Shown: positions 27,661 through 36,950 of the stretch, one piece after another
How positions within the stretch are numbered: the stretch's first letter is position 1
Layout of the letters: every line of letters starts with the position of its first letter
Made by a program: the position numbers and the translations under genes
The notes under the pieces: model-generated
What the model was told of the DNA's origin: nothing
Seen by the model: only the letters and a program-made list of their open reading frames with translations
Database searches by the model: none
NCBI GenBank assembly: GCA_964521405.1
Contig: CAZFRR010000176.1
Location: 16,285 to 80,284 of the forward strand
Reading direction: 5' to 3'
Source of the DNA: an uncultured Streptomycetaceae bacterium
GTDB taxonomy: Bacteria > Pseudomonadota > Gammaproteobacteria > Burkholderiales > SG8-41
DNA length: 64,000 nt

Positions 27661-28824
27661 TTACGCGTAACAGCGTAACCGGCGCGAGAACTCCTGCAGC
27701 GGGATGATGCCGCTGGCTTCCGCGCGCGCGCACCAGTCTTCGAGCTGGCGCACGAGCTGTTCCTTGGAGACGTTCGAGCGCTGCCAGAGCGAGGCCAGAT
27801 CCTGGCGCATGCTGCAAATGGTGGCGAGCACCTTGCTCTTGTCGAGCGCCTTGTCGACCCTGGCGCGCTCGCTGGCCGGCAGCGCGTCGGCGCCGAAGTG
27901 CAACGTGCGCCTCACTGCCGCCCAGTCGACGCTCACCGCGCGCGACCTGAGATTCTGGATCTCGTCGGCGCAGGTCTGGCGCAGCGAATGCGCGTACTTG
28001 GCGATCACCTCGTAACGATGGGTGATCACGGCCTGCACGGTGGCGAGGTCGCACTGCGTCTTGGCGGGATCGAGCCTCACTTCGGGCGCGACTTTCTTGA
28101 CCTGGGCCAGCCCCAGCGTTTCCAGAACGCGGATATAGAGCCAGCCGAGGTCAAACTCGAACCAGCGGTTGGAAAAGCGCGCCGAGCTCGGGTAGGCGTG
28201 GTGATTGTTGTGCAGTTCTTCACCGCCGACCACGATGCCCCACGGCACGACGTTGGTGCTCGCATCCTCCGGCTGGAAGGTGCGGTAGCCCCAGTAGTGC
28301 CCGATCCCGTTGATCACGCCCGCGGCAAAGAACGGTATCCACGCCATCTGTATGGCCCAGATGCTGATGCCGACGAAGCCGAACAGGGTGAAGTTGATGA
28401 CTAACATGGTGCCGATGCCGATCCGGTCGTGGATCGAGTAGACGTTATGCTCGAGCCAGTCATCCGGCGTGCCGCGGCCGTATTTGTCCTTCGTTTCCTG
28501 GTTGCGCGCTTCTCTGCGATAGAGCTCGGCGCCTTCCCACAATACCTTGTTGATGCCTTCGATCTGCGGGCTGTGCGGATCTTCCGCGGTCTCGCACCGG
28601 GCGTGGTGCTTGCGGTGGATCGCGGTCCAGTTCTTCGTAACCATGCCGGTGGTGAGCCACAACCAGAAACGGAAGAAGTGACTGACAACCGGATGGAGAT
28701 CAAGCGCGCGGTGCGCCTGGCAGCGATGTAGAAAGATGGTGACGGCGGCAATGGTGATGTGGGTGACGACGAGCGCGTACGCCACGTAACCCCACCACGG
28801 TAGATCCCAGACCCCTGTAAGCAA
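27661..28824 (-). CDS. membrane acyl-CoA (delta-9 type) fatty acid desaturase
   Basis: Three His boxes: HRCQAHRA, HRKHHARCE and HNNHHAYP. TM helices at the N-terminus. Confidence 0.85.
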   Translation of the reverse strand: MLTGVWDLPWWGYVAYALVVTHITIAAVTIFLHRCQAHRALDLHPVVSHFFRFWLWLTTGMVTKNWTAIHRKHHARCETAEDPHSPQIEGINKVLWEGAELYRREARNQETKDKYGRGTPDDWLEHNVYSIHDRIGIGTMLVINFTLFGFVGISIWAIQMAWIPFFAAGVINGIGHYWGYRTFQPEDASTNVVPWGIVVGGEELHNNHHAYPSSARFSNRWFEFDLGWLYIRVLETLGLAQVKKVAPEVRLDPAKTQCDLATVQAVITHRYEVIAKYAHSLRQTCADEIQNLRSRAVSVDWAAVRRTLHFGADALPASERARVDKALDKSKVLATICSMRQDLASLWQRSNVSKEQLVRQLEDWCARAEASGIIPLQEFSRRLRCYA

Positions 28825-29084
28825 ATGGCCTCCTCGAGAGGGAGAGTTGTAGTAATTAATATGCCGCCAGTCTACCGAATATCAACCATGCGGCATAGCA
28901 TCTAATGCTCTTGAAACGTATAGTTCAATGATTAGTTGGGTAAATTTAAAAATTACTTCATCCCGGATTGTGAAATTCAATGAAAATCGGTCACTCGATC
29001 ACAGCCGCGGCGCCGCTGGCTGATGCCATTCCAGCTTCCTGACAGGAATCGGGAATTTGGAGCGCGACATGAATTGGAAGAGAA

Positions 29085-30359
29085 CTAGGGTGCGCGAGCT
29101 GCGTCCATCACCCGCACCACAGGCTGAGGATAGGGAATCTCGATCCCTTGTGCCTGAAATGAGCGCCAGATGTCGGTGTAGAGGTCGGATCGCAGGCGGC
29201 CCTGTCCCTGCTCCGGGTCATCGATCCATGCGCCAAGCTCGAGCTCGATGCCGTTGTCGGTGAATTGCCGGATGACGACATCGGGTGCTGGCTCGCGCAG
29301 GACACGTGGATGGCGTACGGCGGCGTCCTGCATGAGGCGCATCGCCGCCTCGGGATCCGCGCGGTAGCTCACTTGCAGCTGCACTGCGACACGCACCTTG
29401 CGGTCGGAGTAGGTAAGGTTCACGACGGGGGAGATGACCAGGGTCTCGTTCGGAATCAACGTTTCGGTGCCGTCGAGGCCGCGCAACACCACGTAGCGCG
29501 CCGTCATCTTGGCGATCCGCCCGGAATGCCGGTCGATGGTGACCACATCGCCGAGGCTGACCGAGCGGTCCAGCAGGATGATGAATCCGCTCACGTAGTT
29601 GCTGGCGATCTTCTGCAAGCCGAAACCCAGGCCGACGCCAACCGCGCCGCCGAATATCGAGAGCACAGTGAGATCTATGCCCACCGCGGGCAGCGCGATC
29701 AGGATGGCCGCCAGCACCAGCAGCGCCTGCGCCAGCTTCGAGAACATCACGCGCAGGTTGACGTCGAGCGTTTCCGCGCGCATGAAGCGGGACTCGAGGG
29801 TGCGGCCCAGCCACAGCGCGAGCAACAGGGTGATGCTGACCGAGAGCACCGCCTGCAGGATCAGCAGCAGGGAGAACCGCTGCTTGCCAATCTTGAAGGC
29901 GGCATCGTCGAGGAAATCGAGAATCGACGGCGCCAGCCCCGTGATGTAGGCCGCGAAACCGAGCCAGATTATCCATACGATGAGGCGCTCGTAGGTGCGT
30001 ACCGATGCACCGGGCGAGAATACACGGCGCAGCGCATACACCACCATGCGAGTAATGGCGAGCGCGGTCAGCAGCGGCACCGCGACGTTGAGCAGATTGA
30101 CCGGATACCAGTGCTGCAGCACGGCTCGTCCAGCCAGCACGACGAGCAAAGCGGTCAACGGAAACTGCAGCCGTTGCAGCCCGCCCGCAGTGAAAGTGAG
30201 AGTCTGCTCCTTGTCCGCAAGCCGCGGACGTATCAGGCGGCTGGCCCACCACGCGACAGCCAGGGCCGTTGCCACCACGACCATCTGCCACAGCACGTGC
30301 ACGGAGTGCAGGTCGCGCCAGAGGTCGAGCAGCAGGGTGTAGGCTTCGCTGGATTTCAC
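29085..30359 (-). CDS. mechanosensitive ion channel family protein (MscS-like)
   Basis: Multiple N-terminal TM helices, then ASNYVSGFIILLDRSVSLGDVVTI, the MscS pore/beta-domain signature. Confidence 0.8.
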   Translation of the reverse strand: MKSSEAYTLLLDLWRDLHSVHVLWQMVVVATALAVAWWASRLIRPRLADKEQTLTFTAGGLQRLQFPLTALLVVLAGRAVLQHWYPVNLLNVAVPLLTALAITRMVVYALRRVFSPGASVRTYERLIVWIIWLGFAAYITGLAPSILDFLDDAAFKIGKQRFSLLLILQAVLSVSITLLLALWLGRTLESRFMRAETLDVNLRVMFSKLAQALLVLAAILIALPAVGIDLTVLSIFGGAVGVGLGFGLQKIASNYVSGFIILLDRSVSLGDVVTIDRHSGRIAKMTARYVVLRGLDGTETLIPNETLVISPVVNLTYSDRKVRVAVQLQVSYRADPEAAMRLMQDAAVRHPRVLREPAPDVVIRQFTDNGIELELGAWIDDPEQGQGRLRSDLYTDIWRSFQAQGIEIPYPQPVVRVMDAARAP

Positions 30360-30444
30360 GGGGGAAGGATCAAGTAGAGCGGGCGAAAAGGAGCCGTAAA
30401 AATTCTAACACGAGCAACGCGCGCGGCCGTTCCCTGCCCGCGCG

Positions 30445-31704
30445 TCAACGCGGGGCGTATTCCAGCACCGCCGCGAAAAATCCGTCGGTGCCGTGGCGGT
30501 GCGGAAACAGCCTGAGAAACGGCCCGGTATCGAGCGCGATGCGCGCTTCGCGCAGGATGACCGCGCAGTCGAGTTGCCGGAAGTCTACGCGCCCCGCCAG
30601 GAATGCCGCGACGATGTCCTCGTTCTCCTCGGCGAGCAGGCTGCAGGTCGCGTAGACGAGCCGCCCGCCGGGCTTCAGCAGCTTCGCCGCCGAGCGCAGG
30701 ATCGCGACCTGTTTGCGCCTCAACTCCTCGACCGATTGCGGCGACTGGCGCCACTTGAGGTCGGGATTGCGGCGCAGCGTGCCGAGCCCGCTGCACGGCG
30801 CATCCACCAGCACGCGGTCGATCTTTCCCTGGAGCCGCTTCACGCGGATGTCGTTCTCTTTGCTGATCGTATGCGGGAAGAGGTTGGACAACCCCGATCG
30901 CTTGAGCCTGGGCTTCAAGCGGTTCAACCGCGCCGCCGAGACGTCGAAGGCGTAAATGCGGCCCTGGGAATGCATCAGCGCCCCGAGCATGAGGCTCTTG
31001 CCGCCCGCGCCGGCGCAGAAATCCACGATGAGGTCGTGGCGCCGCGGCGCGACGAGGTGGCACAGGAGCTGGCTGCCCTCGTCCTGGACTTCTATCGCGC
31101 CTGACAGGAACAGCGGATGGCGGTTGATCGAGGGCCGGCCTTTGATGCGCAGGCCGGCCGGTGAGTAGGGCGTGAATCCGGCTTCGATGCCGCTCGCAGC
31201 AAGCTCGCGCTGCACCGCCTCGCGATCGGCGCGCAGCGTATTCACCCGCAGATCCATCGGCGCCGGCTCGTTCAGGCCGCGGGCGATTGCGAGCAGCTCC
31301 GGTTCGGAATAATGGCGCGAGAGCCGTTCCGCGACCCAATCTGGCAGTTCGGCGCGCACCGGCAGAGACAGTCCTTCGAGCGGTTCCGCCTTGATCTTTG
31401 CGAGCCAGGATTGCTCGTTCGGATGGGTCGCGCTGGCAAGCTCGCGGATGCTGACTCCGGCGATGCGCGCCAAATACGCGAGCAGCTGGTGCCGCGGCGC
31501 GCCGTCCGGCACGAGGTGGTCCACGGTGCGCTTGCGGCGCAGCACGCCGTAGACCGTGTCGGCCACCAGCGCCCGGTCGAGCCCGCCCAGCGCGCGCTGT
31601 TCGCGGAAGAAGTCATGCAGGACCGAGTCGGCGGGGCGGTCGAATTTCAGCGCGAGCTCGAGCGCTTGGGCGGCGGCTTCGAGTTGCGTGCGGGTGATAG
31701 ACAT
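30445..31704 (-). CDS. rsmB: RsmB/NOL1/NOP2/Sun-family rRNA cytosine-C5 methyltransferase
   Basis: NusB-like N-terminal domain. DFCAGAGGKS and DAPCSGLGTLRRNPDLKW motifs. Start at MSITRT, because the ORF-track start lies in heptamer repeats. Confidence 0.8.
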   Translation of the reverse strand: MSITRTQLEAAAQALELALKFDRPADSVLHDFFREQRALGGLDRALVADTVYGVLRRKRTVDHLVPDGAPRHQLLAYLARIAGVSIRELASATHPNEQSWLAKIKAEPLEGLSLPVRAELPDWVAERLSRHYSEPELLAIARGLNEPAPMDLRVNTLRADREAVQRELAASGIEAGFTPYSPAGLRIKGRPSINRHPLFLSGAIEVQDEGSQLLCHLVAPRRHDLIVDFCAGAGGKSLMLGALMHSQGRIYAFDVSAARLNRLKPRLKRSGLSNLFPHTISKENDIRVKRLQGKIDRVLVDAPCSGLGTLRRNPDLKWRQSPQSVEELRRKQVAILRSAAKLLKPGGRLVYATCSLLAEENEDIVAAFLAGRVDFRQLDCAVILREARIALDTGPFLRLFPHRHGTDGFFAAVLEYAPR

Positions 31705-31705
31705 T

Positions 31706-31803
31706 GTTCCGAGTTCCGAGTTCAATGTTCCGAGTTCAAAGCTCAAAGCTCAACCGGGAACTCCGACTTCGGAACCCGGAACCCGGAACCCGGAACCCGG
31801 AAC
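31706..31803. repeat. inverted heptamer arrays (GTTCCGA/GTTCAAW-type / CCGGAAC x4)
   Basis: Left arm 31706-31754, right arm 31770-31803. The element exactly fills the gap between the upstream stop (31804) and the rsmB start (31704). Confidence 0.9.
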
Positions 31804-32817
31804 TCATTCTTCGCTGATGCGGATCTCGCTCACCACCTGCTCGCCGGAGAACCTGCCTTCGCGGTCGAAGTGGCGGATGAGGACGGGCAGGTAGCGGTAC
31901 TCCGTGGCGAGCCAGATCTGGATGCTTTCCATTCCTTGTTTCGGCAGTTGCTTCACTGGCAGCGCGCGCAACGTCCCGATCGGGGTCTCGATGCTCTCCT
32001 CGGGCGTGACCTCGATTTCATAGATATCGAAGCGTGAACCGGTCGTCACCGGCACCCGGAAGCGGCCGGGCAGGGGCGGCATCACAGTGTGATGGTAGAT
32101 CAGGCTCATCAGGTCCTGGGTGCCCTCCGGCAGGGGCGCTTGCCGCGGTTCCCGCGCCAGGCCGTAGGCGAGGCTGCCCGCGCTCCAGTCAAAGCGCGCC
32201 TGTGCGGCCTCGGTCTGGCCGCGCCGGGTGCGGCTCATCAGGAAGGAATCGGGCCGCAATCCTTCGCGCGTGATCCGGCCCTGGCTCAGGTAACGCAGGC
32301 GCTGCGGCCGGAACAACTCGACGACGCCGCTGGTCTCGGCATCGCTCGTAATCCGGTAGACGCTGTTTTCGACCTCCCACGACTGCACGACCCTGCCCAC
32401 GGGGGAACGGTCCTCGCCGTAGACCAGCGTGTAGGTGATGCGCCCCCTGCGCGGCAGGCTGTGCGCAATCGGGGCGGTGGACTCCACGGCGAGCGCGATC
32501 TTCTGCGGGGGCTCCGGCGCGACGGGTTCATCCGCCGCGATTTCCGCTGGTGCGACATCGGGGAGGGCTTCCGGCAAGACGAGGGGGCTGGCTGCCGCGA
32601 GCACCGGGATCGGCGGCGCGGGTGCGGCACGCTGCGGATTCTGCACTCTTGGCCGGGGCGCCGTTGGCCTGATTTCCGGAGCAGGCGAGAGCCGCGCGAT
32701 GAGCGGCCGCGCCGCGCGCTCCGGTTGCGGGATCAGCAGCCATTCTCCGGAAATGACCAGCCCGTGCAGCGCTACGGACACGAGAGCAGCGAGTAACAGG
32801 CGGGCGCGTGTCGTCAC
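31804..32817 (-). CDS. membrane-anchored Pro-rich / DUF3108-like protein
   Basis: N-terminal TM helix, a TonB-like proline-rich linker, and a C-terminal region paralogous to the next gene (…IWLATEYRYLPVLIRHFDREG compared with …IWLAPEHRFLPVKLLVLEEDG). Confidence 0.55.
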   Translation of the reverse strand: MTTRARLLLAALVSVALHGLVISGEWLLIPQPERAARPLIARLSPAPEIRPTAPRPRVQNPQRAAPAPPIPVLAAASPLVLPEALPDVAPAEIAADEPVAPEPPQKIALAVESTAPIAHSLPRRGRITYTLVYGEDRSPVGRVVQSWEVENSVYRITSDAETSGVVELFRPQRLRYLSQGRITREGLRPDSFLMSRTRRGQTEAAQARFDWSAGSLAYGLAREPRQAPLPEGTQDLMSLIYHHTVMPPLPGRFRVPVTTGSRFDIYEIEVTPEESIETPIGTLRALPVKQLPKQGMESIQIWLATEYRYLPVLIRHFDREGRFSGEQVVSEIRISEE

Positions 32818-33524
32818 TTGATCTCGAGCCGGGTGATGACCTGCTCGTAGCGCGCACCGTCTTCTTCCAGCACCAGCAGTTTCACCGGCAGGAAACGGTG
32901 CTCGGGCGCAAGCCAGATTTCAGTGCCGCTCTCGTCGGGCTGGTGCTGCTTCACGAGGTGGAGCGTCTTCATGCGGCCGAGCGGGGTGTCGATCTCCACC
33001 TCCGGGCTGACCGTGTAGACGTAGTGGCCGAGCTTGCGGCCATTGGTCATGGCGAGTTGCAGGTGGTTGCGCTGGTCGAATGCATGGAACATGAACTGGT
33101 ACAGGAACGAGAGCCGGTCCTGGGCGTCCCGGGGCAGCGCCACTACGTCCGTTTTGCCGCCGTGCACGAGCGTCAGCCGGCTCGCTTTCCAGTCGAACTC
33201 GCCACGCACCTGCCGCGGGTCGGACTCACCGCGCTTGCCCTCGAATTGCAGGGGACGCAGGCCCGAAGCCGTGATCTGCCCGTTGCTGACGAAACGCAGC
33301 GGTTGCCGCTCGATGAGCGCCAGCAGTCCCACGGCCCGGCTCTCGCTGACGATGCGATAGGCGCCGTCCTTCGACTCGAAGGTCTCGTGCATGACGGCAA
33401 CGGGGACACCGTTGCGAGACATGTCGTAACTCGCCGTGATTGCTTGCGGGGCCGAAGGCGCGGCGGCCGCGCAGGCAAGCGCAGGTATGAGCCATGCCAC
33501 CGCCAATGCGGATGCTGGCCTCAT
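32814..33524 (-). CDS. DUF3108 domain protein, secreted
   Basis: Signal peptide MRPASALAVAWLIPALACAAA, then beta-rich DUF3108-like blocks. Start chosen at that Met. Confidence 0.6.
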   Translation of the reverse strand: MRPASALAVAWLIPALACAAAAPSAPQAITASYDMSRNGVPVAVMHETFESKDGAYRIVSESRAVGLLALIERQPLRFVSNGQITASGLRPLQFEGKRGESDPRQVRGEFDWKASRLTLVHGGKTDVVALPRDAQDRLSFLYQFMFHAFDQRNHLQLAMTNGRKLGHYVYTVSPEVEIDTPLGRMKTLHLVKQHQPDESGTEIWLAPEHRFLPVKLLVLEEDGARYEQVITRLEIK

Positions 33525-33528
33525 GGTC

Positions 33529-34179
33529 TCAGCTCGCTTCGGGCGCCGGCGAGGTGAGGGCACCCCCCGCCGCGCGTGCCGCAGCCACCGCCACTGTGCC
33601 ATCCGCGCCAAGACGCAGCCGCCCTTCGCAGAACCAGCGCACGGCTTGCGGGTAAATCTTGTGTTCCTCGGCCAGCACTCGCGCTGCCAGCCGTTCCTCG
33701 GTGTCCGCGGGCAGCACCGGCACCGCCGCCTGCACGATGATCGGCCCGCTATCCACCGCCGGGGCAACGAAGTGCACGGTGCAGCCGTGCAGGCGCGCGC
33801 CGGCCGCGAGGGCCCGCCGGTGCGTGTCGAGCCCGGTGAACGCCGGCAGCAGCGAGGGATGGATGTTCATCAGCCGCCCGTGGTAGCGCTCGATGAAGGG
33901 CGCCGTGAGTATGCGCATGAAGCCCGCGAGCGCGACGAGATCGGGCCGGTGCCGGTCGATCTCCGCCGCGAGCGCGGCGTCGAATGCCGCGCGGTCGGGA
34001 AACGAACGGTGGTTGACCACGGCGGTAGCCACGCCGCGCGCCTGCGCAGTAACGAGACCACGCGCCTGCGGGTTGTTGCTGATCACAGCGGCGATCCGCG
34101 CCGGCAAGCCGGCGTCCAGGAGCGCTTCCATGTTGCTGCCGCGCCCGGAGATCAGGATGACGAGGGTCTTGTCAGCCAT
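33529..34179 (-). CDS. purN: phosphoribosylglycinamide formyltransferase
   Basis: LVILISGRGSNMEALL, MNIHPSLLPAF and GCTVHFV motifs. Confidence 0.9.
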   Translation of the reverse strand: MADKTLVILISGRGSNMEALLDAGLPARIAAVISNNPQARGLVTAQARGVATAVVNHRSFPDRAAFDAALAAEIDRHRPDLVALAGFMRILTAPFIERYHGRLMNIHPSLLPAFTGLDTHRRALAAGARLHGCTVHFVAPAVDSGPIIVQAAVPVLPADTEERLAARVLAEEHKIYPQAVRWFCEGRLRLGADGTVAVAAARAAGGALTSPAPEAS

Positions 34180-34192
34180 GCTCGACGTATCA

Positions 34193-34279
34193 ATGTTGAA
34201 TTTTGAGTGTTGAGTGTTGAATTGGAAAAGACCGGGGCCAGAGGTGCCTTTGCAATTCAACATTCAACATTCAACATTC
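34193..34279. repeat. inverted heptamer arrays (GTGTTGA-type / ATTCAAC x3)
   Basis: atgttgaattttgagtgttgagtgttgaatt pairs with aattcaacattcaacattcaacattc, in the purM-purN intercistronic gap. Confidence 0.85.
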
Positions 34280-34285
34280 GTCTAT

Positions 34286-35335
34286 TCAGACGATCATCAC
34301 CTGCGGGCCGTTCCTGCGGCGCCGCACGATTTTGCCGATGCGCCAGGCGGTCTCGCCGGCCGCTTTCAGCAGTTTTATCGACCTGGCTGCGTCGGCTTCC
34401 CGGACCACCACTACCATGCCGATGCCGCAATTGAAGACCCGGTAGAGTTCCGCGTCCGTAACGTTGCCCTCATCCTTGAGCCAGCGAAACAGCGACGGCA
34501 TCTTCCAGGCTGCGCGCTCGATGCGCGCCGCCAGCCGGTCGGACAGGATGCGCGGCACGTTGTCCACGAGGCCCCCGCCGGTGATGTGGGCGAGGCCCTT
34601 GATGGCGACCGCGCGGGAGAGCTTCAGCACCGGCTTCACGTAGATGCGCGTCGGCTCCAGGATCGCGTCGGCGAGCGTCCCGCCATGGAACTTCCTCGCC
34701 AGGTCCACGTTCCTGACTGCGAGGATCTTGCGGATCAGCGAGTAGCCGTTCGAATGCGCGCCACTGGAGGCAAGGCCCAGCACGGCATCGCCCTCGCGGA
34801 TGCTCGAGCCATCGATGATGCGGCTTTTCTCGACGATGCCGACAGCGAAACCGGCGAGATCGTATTCGCCGCTCGGGTACATGCCGGGCATTTCGGCGGT
34901 CTCGCCGCCTAGCAGCGCGCAGCTGGCCTGCTCGCAACCGCGGGCGATGCCCTTGACGACCTCGGTGGCGGTCGCGACGTCGAGCTTGCCGCACGCGTAA
35001 TAGTCGAGAAAGAACAGCGGTTCGGCGCCGAGCGTCAGGATATCGTTCACGCTCATCGCCACCAGGTCGATGCCGATGGTGGCGTGGCGGCCGAGTTCGA
35101 ATGCGAGCTTCAGCTTGGTGCCCACGCCATCGGTGCCGGACACCAGCACCGGCTCGCGGTATTTCCCCGCCGCGATCGCGTAGAGCGCCCCGAAGCCGCC
35201 GATGCCGGCGAGCACGCCCTTCGTCAGCGTTTTTTTCGCGAACGGCTTGATGTTCTCGACCAGCCGGTCGCCGGCGTCGATGTCCACACCGGCGTCCCGG
35301 TAGGTCAGCGGTCGAGGGGCGGCGGGCTTTTTCAA
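34286..35335 (-). CDS. purM: phosphoribosylformylglycinamidine cyclo-ligase (AIR synthetase)
   Basis: [21 protein letters not shown] and [11 protein letters not shown]. Confidence 0.95.
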   Translation of the reverse strand: MKKPAAPRPLTYRDAGVDIDAGDRLVENIKPFAKKTLTKGVLAGIGGFGALYAIAAGKYREPVLVSGTDGVGTKLKLAFELGRHATIGIDLVAMSVNDILTLGAEPLFFLDYYACGKLDVATATEVVKGIARGCEQASCALLGGETAEMPGMYPSGEYDLAGFAVGIVEKSRIIDGSSIREGDAVLGLASSGAHSNGYSLIRKILAVRNVDLARKFHGGTLADAILEPTRIYVKPVLKLSRAVAIKGLAHITGGGLVDNVPRILSDRLAARIERAAWKMPSLFRWLKDEGNVTDAELYRVFNCGIGMVVVVREADAARSIKLLKAAGETAWRIGKIVRRRRNGPQVMIV

Positions 35336-35454
35336 GCGGTAATTCCGAGAGGGGGGCGATCGCGGCGTTTTGGGCTAAGATAGGCGCACGAAAAGGCTGC
35401 CGTCCCGCCCCTCTGCGTTCCCTGCGTTGTCCAAGGCAAGCGGATTTTACCGTA

Positions 35455-36144
35455 ATGAAACAGCTCGCGCTCGACTTCGCCAGCCAGCCGCTGCCCACGC
35501 TCGATAATTTCATCGCGGGAAGGAACGGCGAATTGCTCGCCAACCTGAGGCGGCTTGCCGCGCGCCAGGCGCAGGAGCGTTTTTTCTACGTCTGGGGACG
35601 GCCTGCCAGCGGCCGCAGCCACCTGCTGAAGGGCACGGTGGCCGGACTGCAGCGCACGGGGGCGGCCGCGGTTTTCATATCGTGCGCGGCGGAAACCCGG
35701 CTCGCCGAGGGTCTCGAGCGCATGGACTGCGTCGCGCTCGACGACGTGGACCGGCTCGATGAAGCAGGGCAGATCGCGGCATTCAGCCTCTACAACGCCC
35801 TGCGCGAGCGTAGCGGCGCGTTGCTGGCCTGTGGCTCCGCGCCGCCGGTGCAGTTGAAGCTCCGCGAGGACCTGGTGACCCGGCTCGCCTGGGGCCTGGT
35901 TTACCAGGTGCACGCGTTGACGGACAACGAGAAGGCGCAGGCGCTCGCCGATCACGCGGCGGGCCGCGGCTTCCGGCTGCTGCCCGAGGTGTGCGACTAC
36001 CTGCTGACGCGGGCCAGCCGCGACCTGCCCTCGCTGCTGGCGACGCTGGATGCGCTCGATCGCTACTCGCTCGAGACCAAGCGCGCTGTCACTGTGCCGC
36101 TCGCCCGCGAGCTGCTGCAGGCGGTGGAACGACGGGATCGGTGA
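35455..36144 (+). CDS. hda: DnaA regulatory inactivator Hda
   Basis: MKQLALDF...LDNFIAGRN...FYVWGRPASGRSHLL (Walker A-like). Typical position divergent from purM. Confidence 0.85.
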   Translation: MKQLALDFASQPLPTLDNFIAGRNGELLANLRRLAARQAQERFFYVWGRPASGRSHLLKGTVAGLQRTGAAAVFISCAAETRLAEGLERMDCVALDDVDRLDEAGQIAAFSLYNALRERSGALLACGSAPPVQLKLREDLVTRLAWGLVYQVHALTDNEKAQALADHAAGRGFRLLPEVCDYLLTRASRDLPSLLATLDALDRYSLETKRAVTVPLARELLQAVERRDR

Positions 36145-36145
36145 T

Positions 36146-36180
36146 GCGGGATACGGGATTGAGGATTGAGTGTTGAGCGA
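36146..36180. repeat. five heptamers whose unit drifts stepwise (GCGGGAT, ACGGGAT, TGAGGAT, TGAGTGT, TGAGCGA)
   Basis: Read directly. The array bridges the hda stop and the TTG start of the HAD gene. Confidence 0.6.
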
Positions 36181-36835
36181 ACGACTGGTCCTGTTTGATC
36201 TCGATAACACGCTGCTCTCGGGGGACAGCGATTTCGAGTGGGCGCAGTTCCTGATCGAGCAGAAAGTGCTCGACCGCGAGGTCTACGAGGCGCGCAACCA
36301 GGCGTTCTACGACCAGTACAAGGCGGGCAAGCTGGACATCCACGCATTTCTCGATTTCCAGCTGAAACCGCTGTCGCGACACCCACGCGCGCAGCTCGAT
36401 GCCTGGCATCGCGAGTTCATGGAAAGCAGGATCCGGCCGCTGATCCGAGGCAAGGCGCGCGCGCTCGTCGAGAGCCACCGCGGCGACCTGTGCGTCGTGA
36501 TCACCGCCACCAACAGTTTCGTCACCACGCCGATCGCGCGCGAGTTCGGGGTCGCGAACCTGATTGCGACCGAGCCGGAGAGCCGCGGTGACGGCTTCAC
36601 GGGAGGCGTGTCCGGCATTCCGTGCTTCCGCGAGGGCAAGGTCGCGCGGCTCGACGCCTGGCTGGCGGATCGTGGCCTGGCGCTAGACTCGTTTTCCGAA
36701 TCGCGCTTCTACAGCGACTCCCTCAACGATCTGCCGCTGCTCGAGCGGGTCACTCATCCCGTTGCCGTTGACCCCGATCCGACATTGCGCGAGCATGCCG
36801 GGCGCAAGGGCTGGCCGGTCATCAGCCTCGACTAA
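36170..36835 (+). CDS. HAD-IB family hydrolase (SerB-like)
   Basis: LVLFDLDNTLL (motif I), ITATNSF (motif II) and a YSDSLNDLPLL-type motif III/IV. TTG start. Confidence 0.75.
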   Translation: MLSERLVLFDLDNTLLSGDSDFEWAQFLIEQKVLDREVYEARNQAFYDQYKAGKLDIHAFLDFQLKPLSRHPRAQLDAWHREFMESRIRPLIRGKARALVESHRGDLCVVITATNSFVTTPIAREFGVANLIATEPESRGDGFTGGVSGIPCFREGKVARLDAWLADRGLALDSFSESRFYSDSLNDLPLLERVTHPVAVDPDPTLREHAGRKGWPVISLD

Positions 36836-36838
36836 CAT

Positions 36839-36950
36839 GTTCCGAGTTCAATGTTCCGAGTTCAATGTTCCGAGTTCAATGTCCAAATTTCCCGCGTAAA
36901 CCTCAAACCTTAACCCTAAACCCGGAACCCGGAACTCGGAACCTTAAACC
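36839..36950. repeat. inverted heptamer arrays (GTTCCGA GTTCAAT x3 / AACCYNA-ACCCGGA-type x7)
   Basis: The left arm is a 14-nt unit repeated 3 times (36839-36885). The right arm is 36899-36950 and ends at the pcnB start. Confidence 0.85.
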
